Shown: positions 52,800 to 64,000 of the stretch, piece after piece
Layout: every line of letters begins with the position of its first letter
How positions within the stretch are numbered: the first letter of the stretch is position 1
DNA from: Trichosphaerium sp. ATCC 40318
Lineage: Eukaryota > Protista > Tubulinea
DNA length: 64,000 nt
Assembly: GCA_038496445.1 (NCBI GenBank)
Contig: JALMLS010000207.1
Span: 1-64,000 of the forward strand
Direction: 5' to 3'
Made by a program: the position numbers and the translations under genes
Notes under the pieces: generated by a model
What the model was told of the DNA's origin: nothing
The model's database searches: none
What the model saw: only the letters and a program-made list of their open reading frames with translations

Positions 52800-53140
52800 A
52801 ACGTCAATAAAAATTACTTGAAAAAACAAAGTCCCTTTGTGAACTTGCTAAAGGATCAATTGGATAGTGACCAGGCACTGTATGACCAGTAATACTGACA
52901 CCAGTTACACTCATTCAAAAACCAGTATGGGCGCGCTAGAAAGTAATTTACGTTCTCCGTTAAAATCTCTTCAGGGAAACAAGTTCATGATTCAAAAAGT
53001 GACCTAATTGTCAGGTTTTTAGGTGGGACAGTCCATCTATACTTGCTGTGGTACACAAGTAGTTGACTTAAGTCAACGAACTCAGCGCTTTTGTTGAACA
53101 GAACTCAACAACAATAACTAAATTTATAGCACGTTAAAAT

Positions 53141-54475
53141 ATGAGCAAAGCTGCTGTTGTTGGATTAGGAGCAATTGCTGTTGCTGGAGCGGCTGCTCTT
53201 GGTGTATACTTAATTGAAGTAAAGAAAAGCAGAGGTACGTAATTCAGACGCGTGTGGAGTATGTTCTAATGGCATTTGTAAAGATAAACAGTATTTCGAA
53301 GCTAATTTACCTCAGAACAATAACTACCCAGGTACTACATTGCTGATGTATCAGAGCTAACGAATCGTGAAGAGTTGGCAATTCCTGAAGACCTTGTCAC
53401 CTACGTAACGGTTTACGGCAAACAACAACGACAGATCAACATAGAGTTATTCTACAGTAAAGCGCAAGAAGTTTTGAAGCGAACTGTACATAATCCTCCA
53501 AAGGTACGTGGCAGTTTCCCAAACTACTTTATATCATTAGCATAATGCGTTGGGCAGTATAAAAACGCGTTTTACCATTTATTCACGTTGACCGTTACTT
53601 TAGTTCGCACATCCCGCTGAACGCGAAGAGACAACGAGGTTATTAATATGCTTATTGAGAAACTTTGAAATGTTCAAAGCAGACTTTGGTACAAGACTTT
53701 TTTTTGTTTCTTCGTTCTTTACCATCTAATTACAATTTAGACCTTACAACATGGCAAATGTGTGCTACTGTAGGCGAATTATATAGGTAAGAACGCACAC
53801 AAACCTTCTTTGATTGAAAATTTCATTCTCGCTTTTTTGCGTGATTTCTTTTTGGTTTTGACTTGTTGACCGTTTCTTTTAATTCCTTATTATTACTTAG
53901 TGCTGCTTTCTACTTGGACCTTGCAATGGCCAGAGATTTAACTAAAGATGATAGAACAATGTGGCAGAAGATTTCACGACAAGTCGATTTCTTCAGTATC
54001 CACAACGCAACCAAAAAAAAACTTCGAAACTGAAAGAAATTTTGAAGCTTTTTTCGCTATCTTCTGGTATTTGTCCTTCACTAAATAAGCCTTAAAAGCA
54101 ACACAGTATTATAAATTAGCATTAAAAGCATGTGGTACATCACAACCGAACGTTAACTGGCGATATGGCGTGTTTTTGTGTAATACAAAAGAATTGGCTA
54201 ATTCTCCTTTCAACAAAGGAATTGAGCAATTGTTTGTAGCCGCAAACCTTGGTAAAAGTGAAGCATGGTATGTCTAATATTTTGTCGTTCAATTAAGTAA
54301 CTGATATTTTAGGTACTCTCTTGGTGTACTACATCTCAAATTGAGACAACCAGAAAAAGCAGTCGAGTATCTTGAAAATTATATTAAAGCAAATCCAAAA
54401 GATACTGCTGCTTTCCAACTTGCTGATACTATACGCTCTAAACATATTAAAAAAGACCACTTACATACTGTGTAA
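53141..54475 (+). CDS. N-terminally anchored TPR/Sel1-like repeat protein
   Basis: Hydrophobic anchor MSKAAVVGLGAIAVAGAAALGVYLI, then AWYSLGVLHLKLRQPEKAVEYLENYIKANPKD (TPR consensus). Confidence 0.65.
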
Positions 54476-55188
54476 TTAGAAATTAATAATAAAACGTTTA
54501 ACACTTGTAGAAAGACCGTAATTTTAAGACAAAGTGTCTTGCCACTAATCACTTTTTGAATAGAATATTGTCAATCAAAAAATATTAGTTGCCTTTAGTT
54601 GTAGTGCATCACGTTAGAAATCGCGAAAAAAGTATTTAATTAGCTGGGTAATACACAACAATGGTGCAACAACAAAAAAGACAATTTTGTGATTGAAAGC
54701 GAATCGAAGGTTGATTGAATTGTGGAACTAAAGTTATTGCAAAATAGTTCTAAATCGCTTTATATTGTATGCAATGAGCATGTAAACGTATCTCTACAGA
54801 CCACTTTTTTTTTGTGAGCAAGAAATACGAACTGAAAAGCGAAAACGGTTGTGAAATATTTCAAGGAGTTGTAGTGGTTACACATCCGGTGGGAGCGCCT
54901 GCTGTCGGCTTTGGGAGCTGAAAATAACACCTGACAGATTATTGTGCTAGCCTTTGATCATGGCTTGTACTGTTCTTCAATGAACAAATAGTTAGTCAGT
55001 AAACTTTTTTTATTTTTTTCTTTCAACGACCAAATTGCCTTTCAATCAAAAACAATAATCCAAAAAACTATTTCCCGGTTTTAGGTTTCTCCAAAAGCAC
55101 GTTTTTGTTGATGGATCCATTCATAATGGAAGAACATAAGGCATGTTCTTGCTTAACGTCATGTCATTATTTGTGCTAAAAACAAAAC

Positions 55189-57276
55189 ATGAAACTACTT
55201 GTACTTTTCTCAGTACTCTTATTTGTTACAGTACATGTACATGGCGCTTATGAACCAAATTGGGCTAGTTTAGGTAATCACGTGATTGTTAAACACAAAA
55301 TGAATAGTTTCTAAACCAAATGTTGTAGATGCAAGGCCTATACCCACGTGGTATGATGAAGCTAAATTTGGTACGTTGGAAAAAGTGTAGTAAATGTAAG
55401 TTGACAATGTTTCTTGCTTATTTTTGTTTAGGCATCTTTATACATTGGGCGTTTATAGGTACCACTAATAAATTACTTACTCTTTACTCAACGAGAGGTT
55501 ATCAATAGTGTACCGGCGTATGGCGCAGTAGGTCATTACAAGTTACCTGACCAGGGCCTTGCAGAATGGTACCAGTACAACATGCGTCAAGTCAACAGCA
55601 CAGGTAACCTCCTTTCTTTCGTTTGTTTTTGGTTAATTCTTTGTAGTATGGCGTTTCCATCGTGATACCTACGGTAGCGCGTCTTATACTGACTTTGCGC
55701 CAGAATTTAAGCCTTATCTCTGGGACCCTGAAAGGTATATTGGTTCATACTGCCGATAATTAAATATAAAATAGGTGGATGGATACTATTCAAAAAGCAG
55801 GTGCAAAGTACGTTGTTCTTACGTCCAAACATTGCGATGGATATGCTCTATGGCCTTCTCAGCAGAAACAACATTGGAACGCCATGGACGTCGGCCCACG
55901 TGCGTGAGAAAAGTATATTCAAGGATTTCTTTGTTGTTAAGTTGAAACAGAAAGAGATTTGGTTGGACCTATTATGGATGCAGCAACAAAGCGTGGTATA
56001 CATAGAGGGTTGTATTATTGTAACTATGAATGGTATAACGATGATTTACTTAGTAGTCAACCGCATAATTACATCACAAACGTATGCGAACGCTTAATTG
56101 TTTGACCAGAAAATTAACCTTTTTTTAGACGTGGCTGCCGATGTACAAGGACGTCATTAGTACATATAAACCTGATGTTATTTGGGCTGATTATCCTATT
56201 AATCACCCGTCTTCTTGGTGGAATAGTACTGATTTATTGGCGTGGATGTATAACGAATCACCAGTGAAAGACAGCATTGTAACAAATGACAACTGGGGCA
56301 CTGACACTCATGGTAAGCATGGCGGTTTTTACGTTAGCGAGGTAAGTCCATAATTACGGAATACTTCATTCTAAGCTAACATGTACCAGTCTGGTCGCGG
56401 TCATGAACCCTTGGATCATAAGTGGGAGTATAACAGGTACAACTTTTTATAAAACAAAGTATTTTTCTGATGATTGTTTTTAGAGGACTTGCTTTGTCTT
56501 TCGGATACAACCGTCAGGAAAATGTGTGCACCTCTCTGCTACAATTCGATTGTCTATTAGTTTACGTTATAATTAGGTGACTCTTTATGCAACAGCACAA
56601 GAGCTTATAACACTGCTTGTTAATACAGGTAAACTCAGATATCCAGTAATAGTTTTTTCTTAGTTCTGCTTAGTTGCTCACAACGGGAATCTGCTTCTAA
56701 ATGTTGGTGAGATCTAGAAAACGGTTATTTTATTTACAAGCTTACGTTTATCTCCAAGGACCTACTGCAGATGGTCGCATAGATGACTTACAAGCTGAGA
56801 GAATTCTCGAAATTGGATCTTGGTTGAAAATAAACGGCGAGGCGATTTATGGAACAAAGATTTACTCTACTCAAAAAGAATTGAACCAAAATATTTGGTA
56901 CACACAAAAGAAAAGTGAATCAACAGTATACGGGTTTATACAGGAATGGCCAGAAAGTGAGTGACATGAACAAAACTGTTTTTCCTTTTCAATTCTCAAA
57001 CTTTTCTCATTTGCCTTCTTCAATGTTGTTGACTGTATAAACTTTAGGCGGTATTGTTTCCTTTCCTAGCATAGAAGAAAAACCAACCCAGGTATTATTA
57101 TTTGGATACGAGAATCCACTTGAATTCAAGATTGAGTCTAAAGGTATGTTCAAGTAGACAGTTGTTTCCACTCAACTAGTACATTTATCTTACTAATAGG
57201 TATCTCCGTCTCACTACCTCCTTTTGAACCAAGCCTTTTATCACACATGTGGGCTTTTTCAATTAAATACGTTTGA
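55189..57276 (+). CDS. FUCA: Alpha-L-fucosidase (GH29), secreted/lysosomal, many micro-exons
   Basis: [34 protein letters not shown] (one G deletion corrected), [15 protein letters not shown], nucleophile motif [17 protein letters not shown], and [12 protein letters not shown]. Confidence 0.93.
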
Positions 57277-57477
57277 TTAACTCAACAATATACAGTGGTG
57301 ATAAACTGTTGATAGCTCTTTGTAATAAAAGTATAAAGATAACACTGAGAATCAATTGGAACGTTTTTATTTCTTAACTTGATGACGTGTATTAAGTTTG
57401 GCATTTGATACAGTCTATTGCTTATCTTGTGATCGTTCACTTTGAATACAGCAATATATTGTTTGCTTTTTGTGGTG

Positions 57478-58661
57478 TTATGCTTGCTCTGGTGGCTTGC
57501 AATAATACCCCAACGGAACATCAAGTAAGTATACATTATATCCGCGAAAATACCTATCAGTGACAAGTGCAGCGTCCTCACCAATTCTAAAGTAAGGCGA
57601 ATCTTCTCCAGAACCCATTGCCTGCCCAGAATGCTTTTGTAGAAACAGTTGACCATCCATTGGCCAAAATATTGTTTGCTGGTCCTAGTACATTATATTA
57701 ATATCACGTGGTGGAGTTACATCAAAAAAACACCAGCACCAGTAACAACTCTTCAATCAATTTTTTTGGAACGAACAAAATTTAGGCTACTGTGCTGGCA
57801 CGTGCAAAACGGTAAAAAGGCATAGGAAAGTCTTATTAATACTGATAATAATAGTAATACCTGGATCATAAAAATGCCACGAAAACGCGTTGTAGCATCT
57901 ATCCCAATCTTGGAGAGTACCATTACAAAACTGTTTTATCAATTCATTCAAATGTATGATACAATTTGTTTGCACAGTTGTAATTGATTGCGCAAAGAGC
58001 GCTTTTAACTTTACCACGTCTTGTTCTCTATTACCTGAAAACTTGGAGAGTAGTTATTCTTACACCCCAATTTAGTCAACCCATGAATGATAACACCAAC
58101 ATCCCAAGAGGTTCCTTTCTCTGTAATAAAATCTGATAGGACTTGTATTCTTTGTGGAAATTGCAAGTCGTCTATATCAAAAAAGATGATCCACTTTACT
58201 TCTTCGTCATCCCTCAGTGTTGTAGCCGCCTTATTCCTATTTTCTCCAGCAGTGTACCCTTGTTTATGAACCAAAACATTTATAGCTACTCCAGAAATTG
58301 AACGGTTAAACGTTGACAAGATTTCCGTAAAATCCTCTTGGTTGTGAATGCACGTGTTAAGGTGAGAAATACTAAAGACTATTCTACCTGGTAGTGTAGT
58401 AGATAACGTAGTGATAGTAAAAAGTACTCTTCTGAAGTAATACAGAGTACTATCATCACATTTTGCGCCTATTATTTGGGCAAACATGGTTATAACTGTT
58501 TTTTCTGTTATGACCATTGGTTTTTCTTTTACCTTTGTAATAATAGTTGTGGTTGTAACTGTATTGTTGGGAATTTGTACCATGATGTATATAATAAAGA
58601 AAACGTTCAATATCAGGCACAGTATACCAGTTATTTTTATTGATAAGATAAACTTTGTCAT
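57478..58661 (-). CDS. Type II membrane glycosyltransferase, GT-A/GT2-like
   Basis: N-terminal TM, AGENRNKAA, DxD motif IIFFDIDD..PQRI, and C-terminal GEDAALV..LDVPLGYY. The last exon needs a frame correction. Confidence 0.7.
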
Positions 58662-59610
58662 GACAGATGATTTGGTTTGTAGTTCGTTTGAATATTGTTG
58701 AAAAAACACGTGATGTCTGGCGTTGCACATTAGAGTGTTTCGAAGTTTTGGCCAGTAAAACCGTCTTAGCAAAGAGATCAAGGTGTGTAGGCAACTTTCA
58801 AACTTGAGGAGATAAAAGATCTTACTAGAGTTCATATATGTGGCAGATCCAACCATCATCGGAGTAGTCTGAATAAGACCGATATTCACTAGCATCATGT
58901 TAAAGGGTACTGGTCTAGCAGTGAGCGTAAAGGTGTCCGTTAAGGTATTTTAGGTTCCTAAATCGTGGCGAAGATAATATCTTTGGTGCGTGAGTATATC
59001 TCCTTTTCTACATTATCTAATTACTTGTGTAGTAAATCACTACCTTTATAGATGTATTAGGTAACGATAATACTGTATTACAAGTTGCAGATGTCACACC
59101 AGAATCAGTACACGATTTCGTAGTCTATACCTTGGTAAGTTCTTTTAGACAATCATTCACGCTAATGTTCTCCGAATCTGTCAGTAAAAAATACAGCCAA
59201 AGTTACCGTTGAAGAGGGCCAAGTGGCAGATTACTATACATGTAACGTACCAGTACGAATAAAAGTATGTTTGGACTTGCATACTATAGCACAAGGGCCT
59301 ACACCAACTGATTCTGGCTTCTGGGTAAGCTGTTTAAGAAAATTAAGAAAACAAGAAAGCAATTCTATCACTTGTTCTCGTTTGACGTTGTTGTTCGCCT
59401 GGATGTGAGGTAAAGATTTACATTAAAAAAAGAAGGATTAAAGAATTAAATCAATAAAAGCTTAACTTCATAACGTGGACACTTTTTGCCTAGCTAAAGT
59501 TTGTTTTATTTTTTTTTTTGAGTTTTTTGGTAAAAGAACTTCGTTCTTCTTTTTCTTTCGCTTTGTTATTGTTATACCAATAAATATTCGTTAAATAAGT
59601 CCTCCCGTTT

Positions 59611-62190
59611 TTACATGCCTTGAGGGTTTCCACGTTGAGGTCTAAACTCAATCTCTTTGTCTGCTGGGAAGTCAATACTGTAAGAAATCTTTGCGCGTAT
59701 TTCTTTTCCTGGAGCGATTTCACAACGGGTCTTAAGTAAGCTGTATGCGTCAATACTGACGTTTGGATCGGATTTAGAAGGCTCTTCAAGCTTTACTTTA
59801 ATACCATTTGTAGATGAGAAAGGTAATTGGAAGAAAACCAATACAGCAACCTGTAAACAAAAGTAACAATTAAAACTATCGCAGCTTTGGGATTTTTATA
59901 CTCACGTCTTCTGATTTGCAATTCTTAATCACTGCAGTTCTCGTAGTTGTTTCATGTTTAGTCTTTGTAAACATACCACCCTTTCCTTTGTTGGAGACAG
60001 TTGGCTAAAATGGTGTTAGCATTGACATGGCATAAAACCTTAAAATAGCAATTCTTTGAGTAAAATCCTTTCGGTTAAAGCTGGGACCAGCAGTCGTCTA
60101 TCTCGATTCTTACCTTGCAATCTACCTTAATACCATTGTCGACTCCCAGGTATAATTTAAATGTTGCTCCGGGTTGAGTGTTCTTAAGAGTAGTGTAAGC
60201 TTTGGCGTGATATAAAAGTGACGAACCAAAAGCCTCGAATTAGCAACGAAAAAGTTATCAACGAATACGTTCATCTTGCCATCAAGTAATTGGTATGCAC
60301 TCATGTTGGTAGCTACAGCTTTGTAGTAAGCATTATTACTCTTAGTAGGAACCTATACACAAACCATTAGAGCCACAAAATACCAGAACACCCAAAAGGA
60401 AAATAATAAGAAAGTACAACTACTTACCACAACATATTCAAATCTAGCGTCTAGCTCGATAAAAGCAACTGTTACTTTATGAGGTTTATTATCAGACTCA
60501 ATAGTAGACTTTCTAACAATCCAGGTTAATGCAAGCACAGGATAAAAATAAAACTAATTTCTTTGATTACCTTCTAATTTGATATGTTGCACTAGTAGCG
60601 CCAGCTTCAACGCCAGCTGTGAGCAGGTTTGGTTTCTTTTCTTCAATTGCTTTCCCTCTTGCTTGTGGAGGAGGTGCTGCCGCAATAGATGCTTCAGACA
60701 TGCTGTCCATCGATGATTCATCGGAGTACATCTCTACTACGGAGCTTCTTCTCTGAAGTTGTTTGCTGGCAAAGAAATCACTCCTTTCAGTCTTCCAATC
60801 TACCTTGAGTGGTACCAACAAAGGAGGCTCGCCGCCAATGGAAGGTACAGCAGTAGAAAGGAACAAATCAATCTGTAACAAGCAGGTTAAAATAATTTTA
60901 GAGGATTGCACTTTTCTTACATTGTCCCAATTTTCTCCTGTTGTATTTGTGATCATTGCGTTGTATACAAGTCCAATAGTTTTTTGTTTACTATCCACTC
61001 TAGCATCGTATACACTTTCCCAACTTGCTCCAAGTATGACGTAGGACAAGAGTAATGATACCTATTGCGTTGTAAGGCTCTAGGAAACTTTCGGTTCACG
61101 TACTTTTCCGGTTTTCTGAGCAGCAAGAGAAATGGTTACTTGAGACTTATCTCCTTCGGCGATAGGTCTCTTTCTTTTAATCTCATCGTTAATGTCCTTT
61201 ATTTGTTTATCCAAATCTATAGCGGGTATGAGAAGATAATTTTCTTAGTAAAACCAGAAAATTCACAAATATTTGTAAAAAAAAGTACAAAGTAAGTTAA
61301 AGAGACAAGTACCTTCGTTCTTAGCTTGTAGCGCAAAATCCAAGTTATCAAGACGTTCTAACTCAGTCTTGTAAAAAGCCATAAACTCACGTGCTGTTTC
61401 AATAGAAATAGGAGAAGATGCGACGACACCATCTTTGGAAGTAGGACTAAGAAGATTGGTTGAATAGCTTTCAACCCATTTTTTTTCTTTCTAAGGTTTT
61501 TGTGTTAACACAAACTGACGTGTTTATATTTTATCTCTGGAGGACGAACCTTGATGCGATTGCTTTCAGCTGAGAGTTTTGAACGTGCTTTCGATAATTC
61601 TTTTTTCTTCTCTCTGAGTGGTAGGTTTTCTGTGTTTATTTGGTCTTTAGGCACCTCCACGCGTTTTGATCTCTCATAAGATACCTTTTAAAGCCATCAG
61701 AGAATAAACCGTTAAAGACTTTAACCAACCAACGTACCTCAAGAATAATCCTCTTCTTATCTCCCCCACGCACGCTGATACTATCCTTTCTTATTATAGC
61801 TAGTATTGATGAGTTTTGGTGACTTTAATCTATAAAAGCCAGTACCTTCAGTCAGCATGTTATGAACTACGATATCTTGGATACCTGAGCAAGCGTAAGC
61901 GATTGCCAGTCTGAAGAAAGAGAATAGTACAACGCACCTTCTTTCTCAATGTCAATGTCTATTTTACGCGTTATCTCTGCTCTGTCGGCGTATACGGTGA
62001 CTTTGCTAATAGGGCATTCATCTGTGCTTGTTTTATGAATAATGCCTGTTGGTTCTTGATCCCATAGGTTGTATTCTTCGCTTGATTGTTGTTTTACTTT
62101 TGGAGTGTCACCAGAAACGGTATTCTTGCGAGAACTCTTTTTACGCTTGCTATGCTTCTTATCACTCTTTGTGGACTTGGATTCGGCCAT
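59611..62190 (-). CDS. DUF4140/DUF4139 (MuiA / F37C4.5-like) protein
   Basis: ISKVTVYADRAEITR, LSYVILGASWESVYDARV, NTTGENWDNIDLFLSTAVP, and TIESDNKPHKVTV. Confidence 0.85.
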
Positions 62191-62619
62191 TGTAACTCTT
62201 GTTGAATACAAATGAGACTGACTGACGGTGGAATCTTAAGTCAGTTGAAAACCGAAAAGTTTGGCGCTCAAAATCCTAGCGAAAAAACAGGCCAAACTCA
62301 CTTGATCAAATACAATAATGACGTCTCAGCAGGTATACGTTGGGGAAGGGAGTAATCTGACAACCATTGGAAAATTTCAATGCACCAGAAACGTCACATC
62401 TAAAAACCAAATCTCGCGTTTCTTAAAACCAGGTTTTCAAATAAAAGCTACGAACCATTATAAGTATCGTTGATTTTTGTTCCGCACGTCACCTTTCACG
62501 TCAGTATAAAAAGCCGTAAAATGTTGATGCTCAAAAGGAAAGTTGCTTCGTTCGCCTAACCAAACTTGTGTGAGAAGTTTAAGGACTTAAAAAATGAAAA
62601 AATCACTGATACTTTTTGC

Positions 62620-64000
62620 CATTTTTATTTATGGGCGCAGGACTTCACTGTAATAGTAGCAGGAAACCAAGTGGTAAAATGTGGTCCATAAAACAGCTTT
62701 TTCTCGAATATTGTTCGAACCACTGCATGTTCTGAATACATACACTGCTACCGGAAGTAGAAATAATCGATTAGGTTAGGAAACATACTTACAACAGCTT
62801 TGTTTCGTGTATAAAATCCACGCTGAGGTTCATATGAATTTTGTTTTGTGCACTAAAATCAGTAACTCCTTTGGCAAAGGTTAGCGTTGTGTAACAAGTT
62901 TATGTTTATTTTTCGCTAGTAGTTTACTTTGGTATGTGTTTTGAGTCCAGTAATCATACCTTCTGTTGTATTTTACCAAGTTGAATGCCTCATTCTTGGC
63001 TGAAAAACCTCACCAACGCAACTGCTATTTTACAATAAGCACTGAACTTGTTGCAATCGCATAGATGTAAATAAGAAGTGAGATATTAGAGATATACTAA
63101 AACACCTACCGAGCATTTTTTCTACAAGAACTCAGGTTGAGGTCTTGGCCTGACGGAAAGCGAAATGTTCTACTTTCCTTCCGCTCTTCGAATCTTTTTG
63201 AACAAAGGCAAACAAATTCGAATATTACAGCCTGAGGAATAATTGTTTAGACCTAAGCCAGTAAAGGGCACCTGAAAACCAATGCAAAGAGGTATCAGTC
63301 TGTTCAATGCGATACTGGACGCCGGAATATTTGTAGCAGTAGTAATTTTATTTACTTTTTTTTTGTTAGTTTATAGTTTTTTTTACAATGTAGCGACAAC
63401 TGTTGAAAACTTTGGTGAACATTTCTGCTATCATAAGCACTGACTTCTTTGTATAATACTTTATTCTTCTTTGCCCATCTCTTAGCCTGTTTTTTCGTCA
63501 CTCGCCGTATATCTTCTTCATCTGTTTTATTTCCGACAAGAATAATGGGAACTTTTCGTCGTGATGCCTGTGCTTGAAGTATAGAATAATGCAAGTACTT
63601 AGCTTCTGTAAAAGAGGAGTAATCTGTGATATCCTAGGAGGAAAAAGGATTAGAACATGTGAACTTCATATGAAAGAAACGTGACAGGGCAAATGTTTTT
63701 TTTTTATCACGTGATATTTTTCATTTGAGCTAAGGTTTTGAAAGGATAGGCTGTACTTACGTAGACAATCATGAAAGAACAACCACAAGAAATAGCCGCT
63801 TGTCTTACATTCTTTAAGTTTGAAGAGCTCGGTGTATCCCAGATATCCAATACGTGATGATCGCCCTCTTTCTTTGAGACCTTTATTTTAACAAGGTATT
63901 GTTTACCAACTGTAGGTTCTAATGAAAAGAAACTGTTAGAACATTAGAGTAAGTACACGGGATGATTTCAAGCGGAAATTAGAAAATAAAGATTAACACG
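62620..64000 (-). CDS. Ras-family small GTPase-domain protein, 5'-partial, probable C-terminal extension
   Basis: LDIWDTPS, FMIVYDITDYSSF, PIILVGNKTD and EVSA. The GTPase ORF stops at 63352 in an A-run, but in-frame spliced exons appear to continue; the left coordinate is approximate. Confidence 0.7.

Noticed and set aside
57276-57282. Fucosidase and glycosyltransferase stops only 5 bp apart
   Set aside because: The motif-bearing frame of the glycosyltransferase ends at 57478; ORF 57282-57656 looks spurious.
58850-59410. Possible small spliced gene on the + strand
   Set aside because: Splice-like signals are present but no consistent reading frame or motif could be built.
1-64000. Alternative genetic code, tRNA/rRNA genes or Introner-like repeated introns
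   Set aside because: TAA, TAG and TGA all end genes, and most internal stops are explained by introns or indels. No cloverleaf, rRNA or shared intron sequence was recognised by eye; tRNAscan/Infernal were not run.

Overview
AT-rich, gene-dense eukaryotic nuclear DNA with many short (mostly 40-70 nt) GT-AG introns, often with GTACGT/GTATGT donors. The gene content (Roco-type kinase, spatacsin, F-box/MORN protein) suggests an amoebozoan-like protist; this is an inference. About 22 host genes are recognisable: Roco/TKL kinase, alanine-glyoxylate aminotransferase (AGT), PNP oxidase, PPR protein, a degenerate EF-1alpha-like GTPase, NMNAT, F-box/MORN-variant, Med15-like, a mucin-like surface protein, spatacsin, PH-domain, EF-hand, an Mrr-like nuclease, ADC-like, TPR, alpha-fucosidase, GT2-like, DUF4139 and Ras-like. 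The outstanding structure is a 13.1-kb transposon complex (6791-19938) with CAGT...ACTG ends, AT on both sides, and GAATTC-rich subterminal arrays. It has two ~4.4-kb gene-carrying inverted arms (a repeat-rich nuclear protein and a degenerate Ulp1-like protease), a central copy of its own left flank, and two nested ~1-kb CAG-ended non-autonomous elements that each appear to carry a spliced mini-gene. No transposase catalytic domain is visible. Homopolymer frameshifts show the assembly is imperfectly polished, so some structural claims need read-level checks. Coordinates of spliced genes are hand-derived and approximate.
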